From NCBI GenBank assembly GCA_965214935.1, contig CBDCCS010000011.1, forward strand, positions 32,001 to 96,000: a DNA stretch of 64,000 bases. The letters are read 5' to 3'. The translations under genes were made by a program, and so were the position numbers. Shown here piece after piece: positions 43,917 through 53,613 of this stretch. The stretch is from Candidatus Velthaea sp. (lineage in GTDB: Bacteria > Vulcanimicrobiota > Vulcanimicrobiia > Vulcanimicrobiales > Vulcanimicrobiaceae). Position 1 is the stretch's first letter; the number at the start of each line of letters is the position of its first letter. Below the pieces are notes generated by a model. The model was not told the origin of the DNA. It made no database searches and saw nothing but the letters and a program-made list of their open reading frames with translations.

Positions 43917-44432
43917 TGAGAGTAGCTCCTAAAGAATTTGCGACGAGTAGCTTGGAGGTTCGGTAGATGAACGAACGGTCGTGCAGCTTAGATGTGTCCG
44001 GCAACGTTTTGGGCCGGGCGGATGCACCGGCGAGCAACGTCGTTAGCGCACGGCTACGCGATACTGCAAAGGTCAACTGCCGGTGGCAAACGGCACACGA
44101 AGACTTAGACCGGCTTCGTCACCGTAACGTTCTCGGTCGACACCGATTCGGCGCACACGTAAGTGAAAGAACCAAAGGGCATACGATGGAGATACATTGG
44201 AGCCGTAACGACCGCAGCGGCGGTCGGTCATTCGATGTGCCTGTGTTGCTTCCGACCGACGTATCCGAGTTTGCTGCTTCGTAAGGAAGATCTACGACGA
44301 GCAAATACATACCGTAACAGATACAGCACATACGGTTTTGGCTACCTTCGTCCGATGGACGGCTGCTTCGAGTCCTGCGCGCAACGCACAACTGGCGGCG
44401 TTGCGCGCGTTGCGCGCGTAGCGGCGTTGCGA

Positions 44433-44905
44433 TGCACGATCTCGATGTGCACTTCTTGCTGCGAACGCTGAATGCAGACGATGTAAAACGCTGCGATCTT
44501 ATTCGTCGCATCGTTACGAACGGAATAATCTCGAAGGTTGAAAACAACGTTCGCGATCGACGATTCGTACGTGCGCGTTTTGCTGCGAACGCTCGATGCC
44601 GAGCGATCGTGAGGAAACGATTTCAGGTGTCGATCGTTACGCGCCGATTCCGTCCGAATGGGAAGTCGAATGTAAATGATACCGAACGTGAAGATTACGC
44701 TGCACGATCGAGGTGAGGCGTGCTTGCTTCAAACGCTGGAATGCAATCGATCCGGAATATCAAGCGTCTCGAATACCGTTCGTCAACAATGGCATGACTC
44801 GGATATGTTCGATTCCGAATGTAACGAGTGCACCGCTGAGAAAGCTTTCACGTGCGAGTGATCTCGAGTGATGAGTTCGAACGAACTTGCGTTACGAACG
44901 ATCCG
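44433..44905. repeat. Degenerate tandem repeat (three clear copies and one partial) in non-coding DNA
   Basis: Core YTTGCTKCRAACGCT at 44455, 44579 and 44723, each 13 nt after ACGATY; partial copy at 44886. Confidence 0.6.
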
Positions 44906-45602
44906 ACCGTTTGAACGCTCTCGGACGGACATACGTGCCCGTGTGGCACGAGCACTTGTTTTCAGCCACATCGATGTTCCACGCTGTTGCGGGGAGTGGC
45001 AGTACGTCTCGATTCACTCACGTCGGGCGGAAATGTTCGACGAATGTTACTTTGCAACGTTCGTGGTGCGTGTCGTGATCGTGCACCTTGCGTTGACTGT
45101 CGGCTCGATCGAATCAGCGCTAATCAATATGGCGTTGATTTCCCTACCTGGTAGACTCCGTATCGTTGAATGAATCGACCTGAACGTCCCGTGCGTTTGT
45201 CGGCCAACGTAACTGTTCGAGTGCCGGCGCGGTAGGTCGTCTGCTTCGACTGCGACATGGAGTGCGGAACAACGCTATTGAAAGACTCACGGTACAGCGG
45301 TCAGGCTGACATTCGATGCCTGCGTCAATCGACAACGCGGGTCGCCGAAGCGTGCGTGTTCTGAGTGGTTGAGTTGAATGAATGTCACAGCGCGCCGCAG
45401 GGTCGAGAAGTAGCGTATTCCGTCGCAGGCCCGGCGAGGACGCAAGTCAATGCGCGCCGGCAAAAACTGCGGCCGTCAAGCCGGCAGATGTGCGCTAACG
45501 GGCCGAAAGCGACCGTGCGACGAGCCGAGGCCGGTTCGGGCGATTTCTCGGCGCTTAGCCGAGCGAGCAACGACGGCTGGCCGCTGCAGCGAGGTATCGG
45601 TC

Positions 45603-45631
45603 TTGACGGGGTTTGACTGTAGTGGTACCAT
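45603..45631 (+). promoter_or_regulatory. Sigma-70-type promoter of rpoB
   Basis: TTGACG-17 nt-TACCAT with extended -10 TG. Confidence 0.75.
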
Positions 45632-45672
45632 CGTCGCCTATGTCCCTTGGTGGATAAGATTGTGTTTCGAGC

Positions 45673-45714
45673 GAGGTGACCTCTCTCCGATGCGAGAGGA
45701 CCTTGTCTTTTTTT
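45673..45714 (+). terminator. Attenuator-like hairpin with U-tract in the rpoB leader
   Basis: GAGG..CCTCTC-TCCGATGC-GAGAGG.CCTT followed by GTCTTTTTTT, between the promoter and ATG. Confidence 0.6.
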
Positions 45715-45772
45715 GTATTTACCAGGGTTATAGACCGGCACGACGCTTCGCGAGAGTGGTTACAACGTAAGA

Positions 45773-48700
45773 ATGGCAGCTACAAAGACAACCGTCGACA
45801 AGGCGGAAAAGCCGAAACCCGCGCCGCGGAAGAGGCCTCCGGCCGCTAAGCCCGAGGCGAGCAGCACGGGCGCGAACGGCAACGCAATTCGGCAGAACAA
45901 TATCGCGACTGCGACCTTTGAAGTCCCAGCCGAGGCCTTTACCGTTGAGGCCTACGATGATCCGGGTCCCAAGCGCGCACGCCACACGTTCGCCAAGATC
46001 ACCAGCGCACTCGCGATCCCCGATCTCATCGAGCTTCAGAAAGCTTCGTTTAAATGGTTCATCAACGATGGCCTCAAGGAAGCGTTTGAGTCGATCTCGC
46101 CGATCAAGGATTTCACCGGCAACCTCGTGCTGGAGTTCGGCGAGCATTCGCTAGGCGAGCCGAAGTATTCGGTCGAGGAATGCCGCGAGCGCGACATGAC
46201 CTACAGCGCACCGTTGCGCGTGCGCGTTCGCTTGATCACGGCGGAGTCGGGCGAAATCAAGGGTATTCCCGACCAGGAAATTTTCATGGGCGATTTTCCG
46301 CTCATGACCGACAAGGGAACGTTCATGATCAACGGCGCCGAGCGCGTGATCGTGAGCCAGCTCGTTCGTTCTCCCGGCGTCTATTTGTTGCAGGACAGCG
46401 ACACCAACAGCCGGCCGACATACAACGCCACGATCATCCCGAACCGCGGCGCCTGGATCGAATTCGAAACCGATAACGGCACCAAGAACGACGAAACCGA
46501 GGGGACGATCGGCGTCCGGATCGACAAAAATCGCAAAATCTATGCGACGACGTTTGTCCGGGCGTTGTCGCGTCCGGATCTCGGTTTTGCGTGGGAAGAC
46601 GATGAGGCTATCTTAGGCCTCTTCGATCACTCGCCGCTCATTGCAAATTGTCTTGAAAAAGACAAGGACATCAAGACCAAGGAAGACGCGCTCAAGGAAA
46701 TTTACAAGAAGCTGCGGCCGGGCGAACCTGAGAACGCCGAGAACGCCGAGAAGCTACTCGAGTCGCTGTTCTTTGACGAGAAGCGGTACGACCTCGCGGG
46801 TGTCGGTCGTTATAAGTTGAGTGGGAAACTCGAGCGCGAGTATCCGGCTGCCGGTTTAGCAATCCCGAGCATTGCGAAGAAGGCGCTGACTCGCGAGGAC
46901 ATGATCGCCGTCGTTCGCCGTCTCATTAAAGTTGCAACGAAGCAAGTCAACAAAGACGACATCGATCATTTGGGTAATCGCCGGATTCGCTCGGTTGGAG
47001 AATTGCTCCAAAATCAATTCCGAGTCGGCCTGCTGCGCCTCGAGCGTGTCGTACGCGAGCGCATGACGGTTCAAGATATTGAAACGGTCACGCCGCAAGC
47101 ACTGATCAATATCCGCCCGGTCGTTGCGGCGATCAAAGAGTTCTTCGGTTCTTCGCAGCTGTCGCAGTTCATGGATCAAACAAATTCGTTGGCGGAGCTC
47201 ACGCACAAGCGGCGCTTGTCGGCGCTCGGGCCGGGCGGATTATCGCGCGAACGCGCGGGGTTCGAGGTTCGCGACGTTCACCATAGCCATTACGGGCGCA
47301 TTTGTCCGATCGAGACACCCGAAGGTCCGAACATCGGGTTGATCGGTTCGCTCGCAACATACGCCCGCGTCAACCGGTTCGGCTTTATTGAAACGCCGTA
47401 TCGGGTGGTTTACGACGGTATCGTGACCGATGAGATCAAATACTTCACGGCAGACCGTGAAGACGAATACATCGTCGCTCAAGCCAATACACCCGTCGAC
47501 GACAACGGACGGATTACGTCGAATTCCGTCGTCGCCCGCTATGCCGAAGAATACGTCGAGGAGCCGCCCGACAAGGTGCAGCTCATGGACGTTTCGCCGA
47601 AGCAAATCGTCTCGGTTGCCACCGCGCTTATTCCGTTTCTCGAGCACGACGATGCGAACCGCGCGCTCATGGGCGCGAACATGCAGCGTCAAGCCGTGCC
47701 GCTATTGCGTCCGCAAGCTCCGATCGTCGGCACCGGCATGGAGTATCGCGCCGCCAAGGATTCGGGCGGTTGCGTTTTGGCTCGTCAGTCGGGTCAAATC
47801 GTCGGCGTGGACGCCAAGGCAATCACGCTCAAGCACGACGATGACGGGCTCGACCATCAATACGATCTCTTGAAGTTCACCCGGTCCAACGCCGGGACGT
47901 GCATCAATCAGAAGCCGATCGTCACCGTCGGCGAGCAAGTGATGCGCGGTCAAATCTTGGCCGATGGACCATCGTCGGAGCAAGGCGAGTTGGCCCTGGG
48001 TCAAAACGTGCTCGTCGCGTTCATGCCCTGGGAAGGCTACAACTACGAAGACGCGATTCTCATCAGCGAGCGGATGGTCAAAGACGATCGCTTCACTTCG
48101 ATTCACATCGAGGAATACGAATGCGAAGCGCGCGATACGAAGCTCGGACCTGAAGAGATCACGCGCGATATTCCGAACGTCGGCGAAGACTCGCTCAAAG
48201 ACCTCGATGAAAACGGAATCGTTCGCATCGGCGCCGAGGTGCGTCCGGAGGACATTCTCGTCGGCAAAGTCACGCCTAAAGGCGAGACCGAGCTGACCGC
48301 CGAGGAACGGCTGCTGCGCGCAATCTTTGGTGAGAAGTCGCGCGAAGTCCGCGACACGTCGCTCAAAGTTCCGCATGGTGAAAAAGGCAAGATCATCGAC
48401 GTGAAGCGTTTTTCGCGCGAAAACGGCGATGAATTGTCGCCCGGCGTCAATCATCTCGTTCGCGTCTACGTCGCACAGAAACGCAAAATTCTGCAAGGCG
48501 ACAAGATGGCCGGCCGGCACGGCAATAAAGGCGTCATCGCCAAAGTGCTGCCCGAAGAAGATATGCCGTATACCGACGACGGCACGCCGGTCGATATCGT
48601 TCTGAACCCGCTGGGCGTGCCGTCGCGCATGAATCTCGGTCAGATCATGGAGACGCATCTCGGCTGGGCCGCTTCGATGCTCGGCTTGACGATTGCAACG

Positions 48701-49699
48701 CCCGTCTTCGACGGTGCTCATGCCGAGGACATCGCCGAGTGGCTGCAAGATGCCGGTTTACCGGCGGACGGCAAAACATGGCTACGTGACGGCCGTTCCG
48801 GCGATCGCTTCGGCCGGCCGATCACCGTCGGTTATATCTACATGCTCAAACTCGCGCACTTGGTCGACGATAAGATCCATGCGCGTTCGACCGGCCCGTA
48901 CTCGATGATCACGCAACAGCCGCTGGGCGGCAAGGCACAGTTCGGCGGACAGCGCTTCGGTGAGATGGAAGTCTGGGCGCTCGAAGCATACGGTGCCGCC
49001 TACACCCTGCAAGAGTTGCTGACCGTGAAATCGGATGACGTTGTCGGACGCGTAAAAACATACGAGGCGATCGTCAAAGGCGAGAACGTGCTCGAACCGG
49101 GCGTTCCGGAATCGTTCAAGGTTTTGATCAAAGAACTGCAATCGCTTGCACTCGACGTCAAGGTCTTGACCGAACAGCGTGAAGAGATCGAGATCAAAAT
49201 CCAGGACGACGATATGTCGGAACGGGCGCAAGAGATCGGTCTGCTCATGGGCGACGAAGATCCGCGACTGTCGCAGACGCAACTTGCCGAGCGTGAGGCG
49301 GAACGCGAACGTCTCTCAGCGCCGGCCGGCTTAGCCGACGCGATCGGCGGCGCCGCAATCGACGCTGATGCCGGAGTTGCCGACGGCGTCGTTGAGATCG
49401 AAGAAGAGGAAGAGCCCGAAGAGGAAGTCGACGACTCCGCACCGCTCGTCACCAACGCGTCGAAGCGCGGCGATGACGACGATATCGTTCCGTCGAGTCC
49501 GCTGGGCGGGCTGCGGGCCACGATGACGGATGACGGCGAAATCATCGTCGATGAAGTCGTCGATGAGGAATTGCCGGCGGTCGTCGAGGACGAGGAAGAA
49601 GATCAGGGTTACGTCCTTGAAGACGAAGACGAAGAGTATACCGAAGAGGAAGACGAAGACGACGGTCCGCTCGCGCATTCAACCGACGACGATTACTAA
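45773..49699 (+). CDS. rpoB: DNA-directed RNA polymerase beta subunit
   Basis: [49 protein letters not shown] and [13 protein letters not shown] motifs. Confidence 0.99.
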   Translation: MAATKTTVDKAEKPKPAPRKRPPAAKPEASSTGANGNAIRQNNIATATFEVPAEAFTVEAYDDPGPKRARHTFAKITSALAIPDLIELQKASFKWFINDGLKEAFESISPIKDFTGNLVLEFGEHSLGEPKYSVEECRERDMTYSAPLRVRVRLITAESGEIKGIPDQEIFMGDFPLMTDKGTFMINGAERVIVSQLVRSPGVYLLQDSDTNSRPTYNATIIPNRGAWIEFETDNGTKNDETEGTIGVRIDKNRKIYATTFVRALSRPDLGFAWEDDEAILGLFDHSPLIANCLEKDKDIKTKEDALKEIYKKLRPGEPENAENAEKLLESLFFDEKRYDLAGVGRYKLSGKLEREYPAAGLAIPSIAKKALTREDMIAVVRRLIKVATKQVNKDDIDHLGNRRIRSVGELLQNQFRVGLLRLERVVRERMTVQDIETVTPQALINIRPVVAAIKEFFGSSQLSQFMDQTNSLAELTHKRRLSALGPGGLSRERAGFEVRDVHHSHYGRICPIETPEGPNIGLIGSLATYARVNRFGFIETPYRVVYDGIVTDEIKYFTADREDEYIVAQANTPVDDNGRITSNSVVARYAEEYVEEPPDKVQLMDVSPKQIVSVATALIPFLEHDDANRALMGANMQRQAVPLLRPQAPIVGTGMEYRAAKDSGGCVLARQSGQIVGVDAKAITLKHDDDGLDHQYDLLKFTRSNAGTCINQKPIVTVGEQVMRGQILADGPSSEQGELALGQNVLVAFMPWEGYNYEDAILISERMVKDDRFTSIHIEEYECEARDTKLGPEEITRDIPNVGEDSLKDLDENGIVRIGAEVRPEDILVGKVTPKGETELTAEERLLRAIFGEKSREVRDTSLKVPHGEKGKIIDVKRFSRENGDELSPGVNHLVRVYVAQKRKILQGDKMAGRHGNKGVIAKVLPEEDMPYTDDGTPVDIVLNPLGVPSRMNLGQIMETHLGWAASMLGLTIATPVFDGAHAEDIAEWLQDAGLPADGKTWLRDGRSGDRFGRPITVGYIYMLKLAHLVDDKIHARSTGPYSMITQQPLGGKAQFGGQRFGEMEVWALEAYGAAYTLQELLTVKSDDVVGRVKTYEAIVKGENVLEPGVPESFKVLIKELQSLALDVKVLTEQREEIEIKIQDDDMSERAQEIGLLMGDEDPRLSQTQLAEREAERERLSAPAGLADAIGGAAIDADAGVADGVVEIEEEEEPEEEVDDSAPLVTNASKRGDDDDIVPSSPLGGLRATMTDDGEIIVDEVVDEELPAVVEDEEEDQGYVLEDEDEEYTEEEDEDDGPLAHSTDDDY

Positions 49700-49713
49700 G
49701 ATAGGTCGAACGC

Positions 49714-49754
49714 AAAGACGACTCGTGCCGGACGGCACGAGTCGTCTTTCTCTC
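49714..49754 (+). terminator. Terminator after rpoB
   Basis: 17-bp perfect inverted repeat AAAGACGACTCGTGCCG / CGGCACGAGTCGTCTTT followed by CTCTC. Confidence 0.85.
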
Positions 49755-49801
49755 TGCGGACAACCTCCGATTGGCGACAGACATTGTCCGGTTTGCGCTG
49801 G

Positions 49802-50218
49802 ATGAAGGCGGGCTCGCCAAGTGTGCGCTGGACGTTGTTTGCCGCAATCGCAGTCGTGCTTTTTGTGGCGGCTTTGAGCAATGACGTCTACAATTTAACC
49901 TCACCGCCGGCCTTTGGTCTGCACGTGCTACTGCGCAAGTTTTACAGCATCGTTGCCTTTGCCGTCGTCGGGTCGGCGATGATTTGGGCCTCGAACGCTT
50001 CGCTTCGAGCGACCGCCGTTGCAATCGCTGTCTATAGTGGACTCATCGAGGTCGGCCAGCATATCATTTACGTGCGCGAGCCGTTGTTTTGGAATGCGAT
50101 CGACGTTGCGTGCGGCGCTGCCGGCGGCGCGCTGGCGGGTGCTATCCCTTGGCTTCGCGGGCGATCAAGCGCAGATATCGCCGCGGCTCGAAGGCAGCGT
50201 CCGCTTCCACCCGTTTGA
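49802..50218 (+). CDS. Small membrane protein (VanZ-like)
   Basis: About four TM segments; YSGLIEVGQ...DV..GAAG pattern. Confidence 0.65.
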   Translation: MKAGSPSVRWTLFAAIAVVLFVAALSNDVYNLTSPPAFGLHVLLRKFYSIVAFAVVGSAMIWASNASLRATAVAIAVYSGLIEVGQHIIYVREPLFWNAIDVACGAAGGALAGAIPWLRGRSSADIAAARRQRPLPPV

Positions 50219-50786
50219 AGGCTTCTTCGCGAACCTGACCGGCGAGCTGCCTGCGGCGAGCCAAAGCGCGATCGAGTTCGTAGAACGCCCGCTCGAATTC
50301 ATCGCCCTCGAGTTCACCGATCTCGCGCTTAAGCCGTGCGATTTCGGCATTGACCTTCTGTTGCAATTCCGAGCTAATTTGCACTTCCGCTGCGTGGATG
50401 CGCGCGAGCAGTGCGTCGAGTTCTTCGACGGTCGGCAGACCGTATGCATTGCGCGCCGTTTCGGGAGCACGGCCGTTGCGGGCGGGAACTTCTTTGCCGG
50501 GCGCGTCGAATTCGGGATATAAGCGAATGATCGAGGGGATCTTCTGCGGGCCTTTGGGTGATTGTAAGCCTTGCGCGATGCCGGTCTCGATCAGTCGCGT
50601 TCGCAACGAGGTGTCGGTAATAATCTTGAGATATTCCGCTGCAACCCCGGACGGAGGACGGTTCGTGCCGAAGAAGTCTGTAGCGCGAGCCTCGGGTAGC
50701 TCTATTGCTTTTTCCCAAAGTCCGGCTCGCGCGTTACGGATCGCTGAATTCACAGTGAGTTCGAGGTTACGCCGGACGGTGTACAC
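50142..50786 (-). CDS. Hypothetical protein, helical/coiled-coil C-terminal half
   Basis: 214-aa ORF with natural composition (EELDALLARI...EIARLKREIGELE); start uncertain. Confidence 0.55.
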   Translation of the reverse strand: MYTVRRNLELTVNSAIRNARAGLWEKAIELPEARATDFFGTNRPPSGVAAEYLKIITDTSLRTRLIETGIAQGLQSPKGPQKIPSIIRLYPEFDAPGKEVPARNGRAPETARNAYGLPTVEELDALLARIHAAEVQISSELQQKVNAEIARLKREIGELEGDEFERAFYELDRALARRRQLAGQVREEAFKRVEADAAFEPRRYLRLIAREAKG

Positions 50787-50814
50787 TGCCTGGTAACGTC
50801 GACTCGATAACTAT

Positions 50815-52611
50815 ATGGAATTACTACGTTTTACCGGCCTTGCCCGTCACTATGGTGCCAACGACGTTTTTAACGATCTGTCGGGCGTTGTCCGCGACGG
50901 CGATAAGATCGCGCTTGTCGGCCCCAATGGGGCCGGGAAATCATCGCTCGTGCGATTGCTCGTCGGTGCCGATCAACCCGATGGCGGAACGCTCATTCGG
51001 GCCAAGGATTCACGCTACGGTTACCTTGCGCAAGATGCCGCCGAGGGCGGAACGATCACGCTCGGTGCTGCATTTGAGGAAGCTCTCGGACGCGGACAAG
51101 CGCATGAATGGGAAATGCGCGCGACAATCAATCGATTTGGCTTTGCCGAGTCGGATTTCGAGCGCCCGCTCAATGAGTTTTCCGGCGGACAACGGACGCG
51201 CGCACTCTTAGCTCGGACGCTACTGGAAAATCCGGACTGGCTATTGCTCGATGAACCGACGAACCATCTCGATCTCGAGACGGTGCGCTGGCTCGAAACC
51301 TTCGTTGCTGCCGATAACCGCGCGTACGTCATCGTATCGCACGATCGTTTCTTTCTTGAAACGGTCGCAACGCAAGTATGGGAGTTGGACCGCGGCGAAC
51401 TTGCCATCTTCGACGTCAAGCCAGGCCGGGCATACACCGACTTTCTCGAGCAGCGCGAACTGCGGCGCGCTCAACAAAAGCGCGAATATGACGCGGCGCA
51501 AAGCGAGCGAAAACGTCAGCGCGCCGTCATCGAAGAGCTCAAGACGCACGGCTCGCATAACTACAGTCACGTGCGCAGCCGCGAAAAAGCATTTGCGCGC
51601 GTCAACGCCGTCGAAGCACCGCGTTCGGAACGGCGCCAAATCGGCGTTGCCTTTAGCGCGGCACGGCGGGCGACCAACGGCATGGCGCTCGAGGTAACCG
51701 GCCTCGCCAAAGCGTATGACGAGCCACTTTTTAGCGGTGTTACGGCTTTTTTTGCACGCGGCGACCGGGTTGCCATCGTCGGGCCCAACGGTGCGGGAAA
51801 ATCGACGTTTCTGCGAATCATCAACGGCGAATTGCAGCCCGATGCGGGAAGCGTGCGCTACGGCATCGGTTTAACGACCGCCTCGTATTCGCAGGGCAGC
51901 GTCGACGATCTCGCTGCGGGTGATACGGCGGCAGAATCGGTGATGCGCTTAGGGGTTACCGACGAAGAAGCGCGCGGCTTGTTGGGCCGTCTCAATTTGG
52001 GCGGAGACTCCGGTGATAAACCGGTCGAAGCATTTTCGGGTGGCGAACGGCGACGCATCATGCTCGCGCGCCTGATGGCGCAACGCGCGGATTGTTTATT
52101 CCTCGATGAGCCGACGAACGATTTGGATATCCCAAGCCGCGAAGCGCTCGAGGATGTTCTCGCTTCGTACGAAGGTGCGCTCTTCGTCGTCTCGCACGAT
52201 CGCTACTTGCTCAAGAGACTCGCCGAGCGCGTCATCGCGATCGGCGACGGTGTAGCGACGATCGTCGACGGCGATTATGCTACGTACGAGCGCATCGAGC
52301 ACGCGGCGCGCAAGAGTTCGCCGGTGGCGAAAGCTGCGGCGAAATCCGAGACGCCGAAGATGGATCGCAAACCGTCGCACCAGACAAAGCTCGATGTCGG
52401 CCGGCGTAAGCGCGCTGTCTCGGAGGCCGAGCAGCGCGTCTCGGATCTCGAGACTCAGCGGGCCGAAATCGAACGCCGTTTTGCGGCGCCCAACGTCTAC
52501 GACGACCCGAGCACCGTCGTCGCGCTGCAACGAGACCTCGATCGAATCAGATCCGAAAGTGAGCAGGCGATGAGCGTCTGGGAACGTGCCGTCCAAGCGC
52601 TGGAGGCCTAG
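50815..52611 (+). CDS. ABC-F family ribosome-associated ATPase (Uup/YdiF-like)
   Basis: Two GPNGAGKS Walker A, FSGG signatures, LDEPTN twice, no TM, C-terminal coiled coil. Confidence 0.95.
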   Translation: MELLRFTGLARHYGANDVFNDLSGVVRDGDKIALVGPNGAGKSSLVRLLVGADQPDGGTLIRAKDSRYGYLAQDAAEGGTITLGAAFEEALGRGQAHEWEMRATINRFGFAESDFERPLNEFSGGQRTRALLARTLLENPDWLLLDEPTNHLDLETVRWLETFVAADNRAYVIVSHDRFFLETVATQVWELDRGELAIFDVKPGRAYTDFLEQRELRRAQQKREYDAAQSERKRQRAVIEELKTHGSHNYSHVRSREKAFARVNAVEAPRSERRQIGVAFSAARRATNGMALEVTGLAKAYDEPLFSGVTAFFARGDRVAIVGPNGAGKSTFLRIINGELQPDAGSVRYGIGLTTASYSQGSVDDLAAGDTAAESVMRLGVTDEEARGLLGRLNLGGDSGDKPVEAFSGGERRRIMLARLMAQRADCLFLDEPTNDLDIPSREALEDVLASYEGALFVVSHDRYLLKRLAERVIAIGDGVATIVDGDYATYERIEHAARKSSPVAKAAAKSETPKMDRKPSHQTKLDVGRRKRAVSEAEQRVSDLETQRAEIERRFAAPNVYDDPSTVVALQRDLDRIRSESEQAMSVWERAVQALEA

Positions 52612-52826
52612 CGTTCCGCTCCGAGTTCGTTGCCGATCTCGGTTTGCACGGAGATTTGGACGCTGCGAATCATACCGGTATCATCGGCAGCGATGACGGC
52701 GCTTTGAAGATCGCCGGCAGGGATCGGCTCCGGCTCGGCAGCGCCGGACGGAAACGAAGCTGCGGGTTGAAGTTCGTCGGCCGGCGTCGGCTCAGGGACG
52801 TCCGTCGGTCGTAAGAAATCGCTCAT
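52608..52826 (-). CDS. Small acidic hypothetical protein
   Basis: 72-aa ORF converging on the ABC-F stop; internal repeat PEPTPADELQPA/PEPIPAGDLQSA. Confidence 0.45.
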   Translation of the reverse strand: MSDFLRPTDVPEPTPADELQPAASFPSGAAEPEPIPAGDLQSAVIAADDTGMIRSVQISVQTEIGNELGAER

Positions 52827-52987
52827 TCCAGCGTTCTACCCAGGCCTGCATCCCAAAGCTCGTGAGGAACGGATTCGGCGCTCGCATGGGCTTCTGAAAA
52901 AGCGAGCCATTCGGGGTTCAAATCCGGTACGATCGCACGGCGCGATCGGCACGGTCGACGTACGGCAAGAGAGACGGTGTCGTGGAG

Positions 52988-53001
52988 CGAACGTACGTTC
53001 G
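52988..53001. promoter_or_regulatory. LexA (SOS/Cheo) box
   Basis: Perfect palindrome CGAACGTACGTTCG (GAAC-N4-GTTC), 3 nt before the ATG of a DNA repair gene. Confidence 0.85.
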
Positions 53002-53004
53002 TAG

Positions 53005-53613
53005 ATGCGCCAGCTTGGGCTTTTTCAGACGACCGAAGCGCCGACGATCCTGGTTGCCGATCATGGCGACATTCGCTTGGTTCCGGGGTTTCTCGAGCCC
53101 CAGACCGGACGTGAACTGTTTGCCGACTTGCACCGCTCGACGACTTGGCGGGCCGATTCGCGCATGATGTACGGCCGGCGCGTGCTGGTACCGCGCGAGA
53201 CGGCAGCGCGGGGTGCCGATTCCATACAGCCTTGGACGCCGGCGCTGCTCGATGTGCGCCGGCGGCTCGAGCACTATCTCGGAACGCCGTTCGATTACGT
53301 GTTCATCAACCGGTACCGTACGGGCGCCGACAGCGTGGCTTGGCATAACGATGATGATGCGGAGGCCGACCCGCGGCGCGTCATTGCATCGCTCAGCCTC
53401 GGTGCGACGCGAACCTTTGAGATCCGGCCCTTACGCGCCAGCGGTCTCAACTACGGCAAGATCGCCGTCGCGTTGAGCGACGGCGATCTTGTCGTCATGC
53501 AGGGCGAGACTCAACACTATTACGAGCATCGCATCCCCAAGGAGCCTCGCGTGGCGCAGGAGCGCATCAATCTGACGTTCCGCCAACACCACGCCCGCGC
53601 GTCGCGCCCTTAG
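53005..53613 (+). CDS. AlkB-family 2OG-Fe(II) dioxygenase (ALKBH2/3-like)
   Basis: NRYRTGADSVAWHND, IASLSLGATRTF, EH.IPK and RINLTFR motifs. Confidence 0.93.
   Translation: MRQLGLFQTTEAPTILVADHGDIRLVPGFLEPQTGRELFADLHRSTTWRADSRMMYGRRVLVPRETAARGADSIQPWTPALLDVRRRLEHYLGTPFDYVFINRYRTGADSVAWHNDDDAEADPRRVIASLSLGATRTFEIRPLRASGLNYGKIAVALSDGDLVVMQGETQHYYEHRIPKEPRVAQERINLTFRQHHARASRP

Noticed and set aside
44433..44905. CRISPR array interpretation of the repeats
   Set aside because: Copies are too divergent, periods are 124-163 nt and irregular, and no cas genes are present.
45425..45520. c-di-GMP-I riboswitch-like words (GGACGCAA, GGCAAA)
   Set aside because: The words are in the wrong order and the P2/P3 stems cannot be formed.
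43967..45616. Short ORFs (60-140 aa) in the long intergenic region
   Set aside because: Arg/Cys/Ser-rich, no RBS, no family motifs, codon usage unlike real genes here.
45649..45657. DnaA-box-like GGTGGATAA suggesting oriC in the long intergenic region
   Set aside because: Only one imperfect box, no cluster, no AT-rich unwinding element, no dnaA/dnaN nearby.
52900..52931. GGTTCAAATCC, resembling a tRNA T-arm
   Set aside because: The T-stem does not pair fully and no acceptor, D or anticodon arms can be built.
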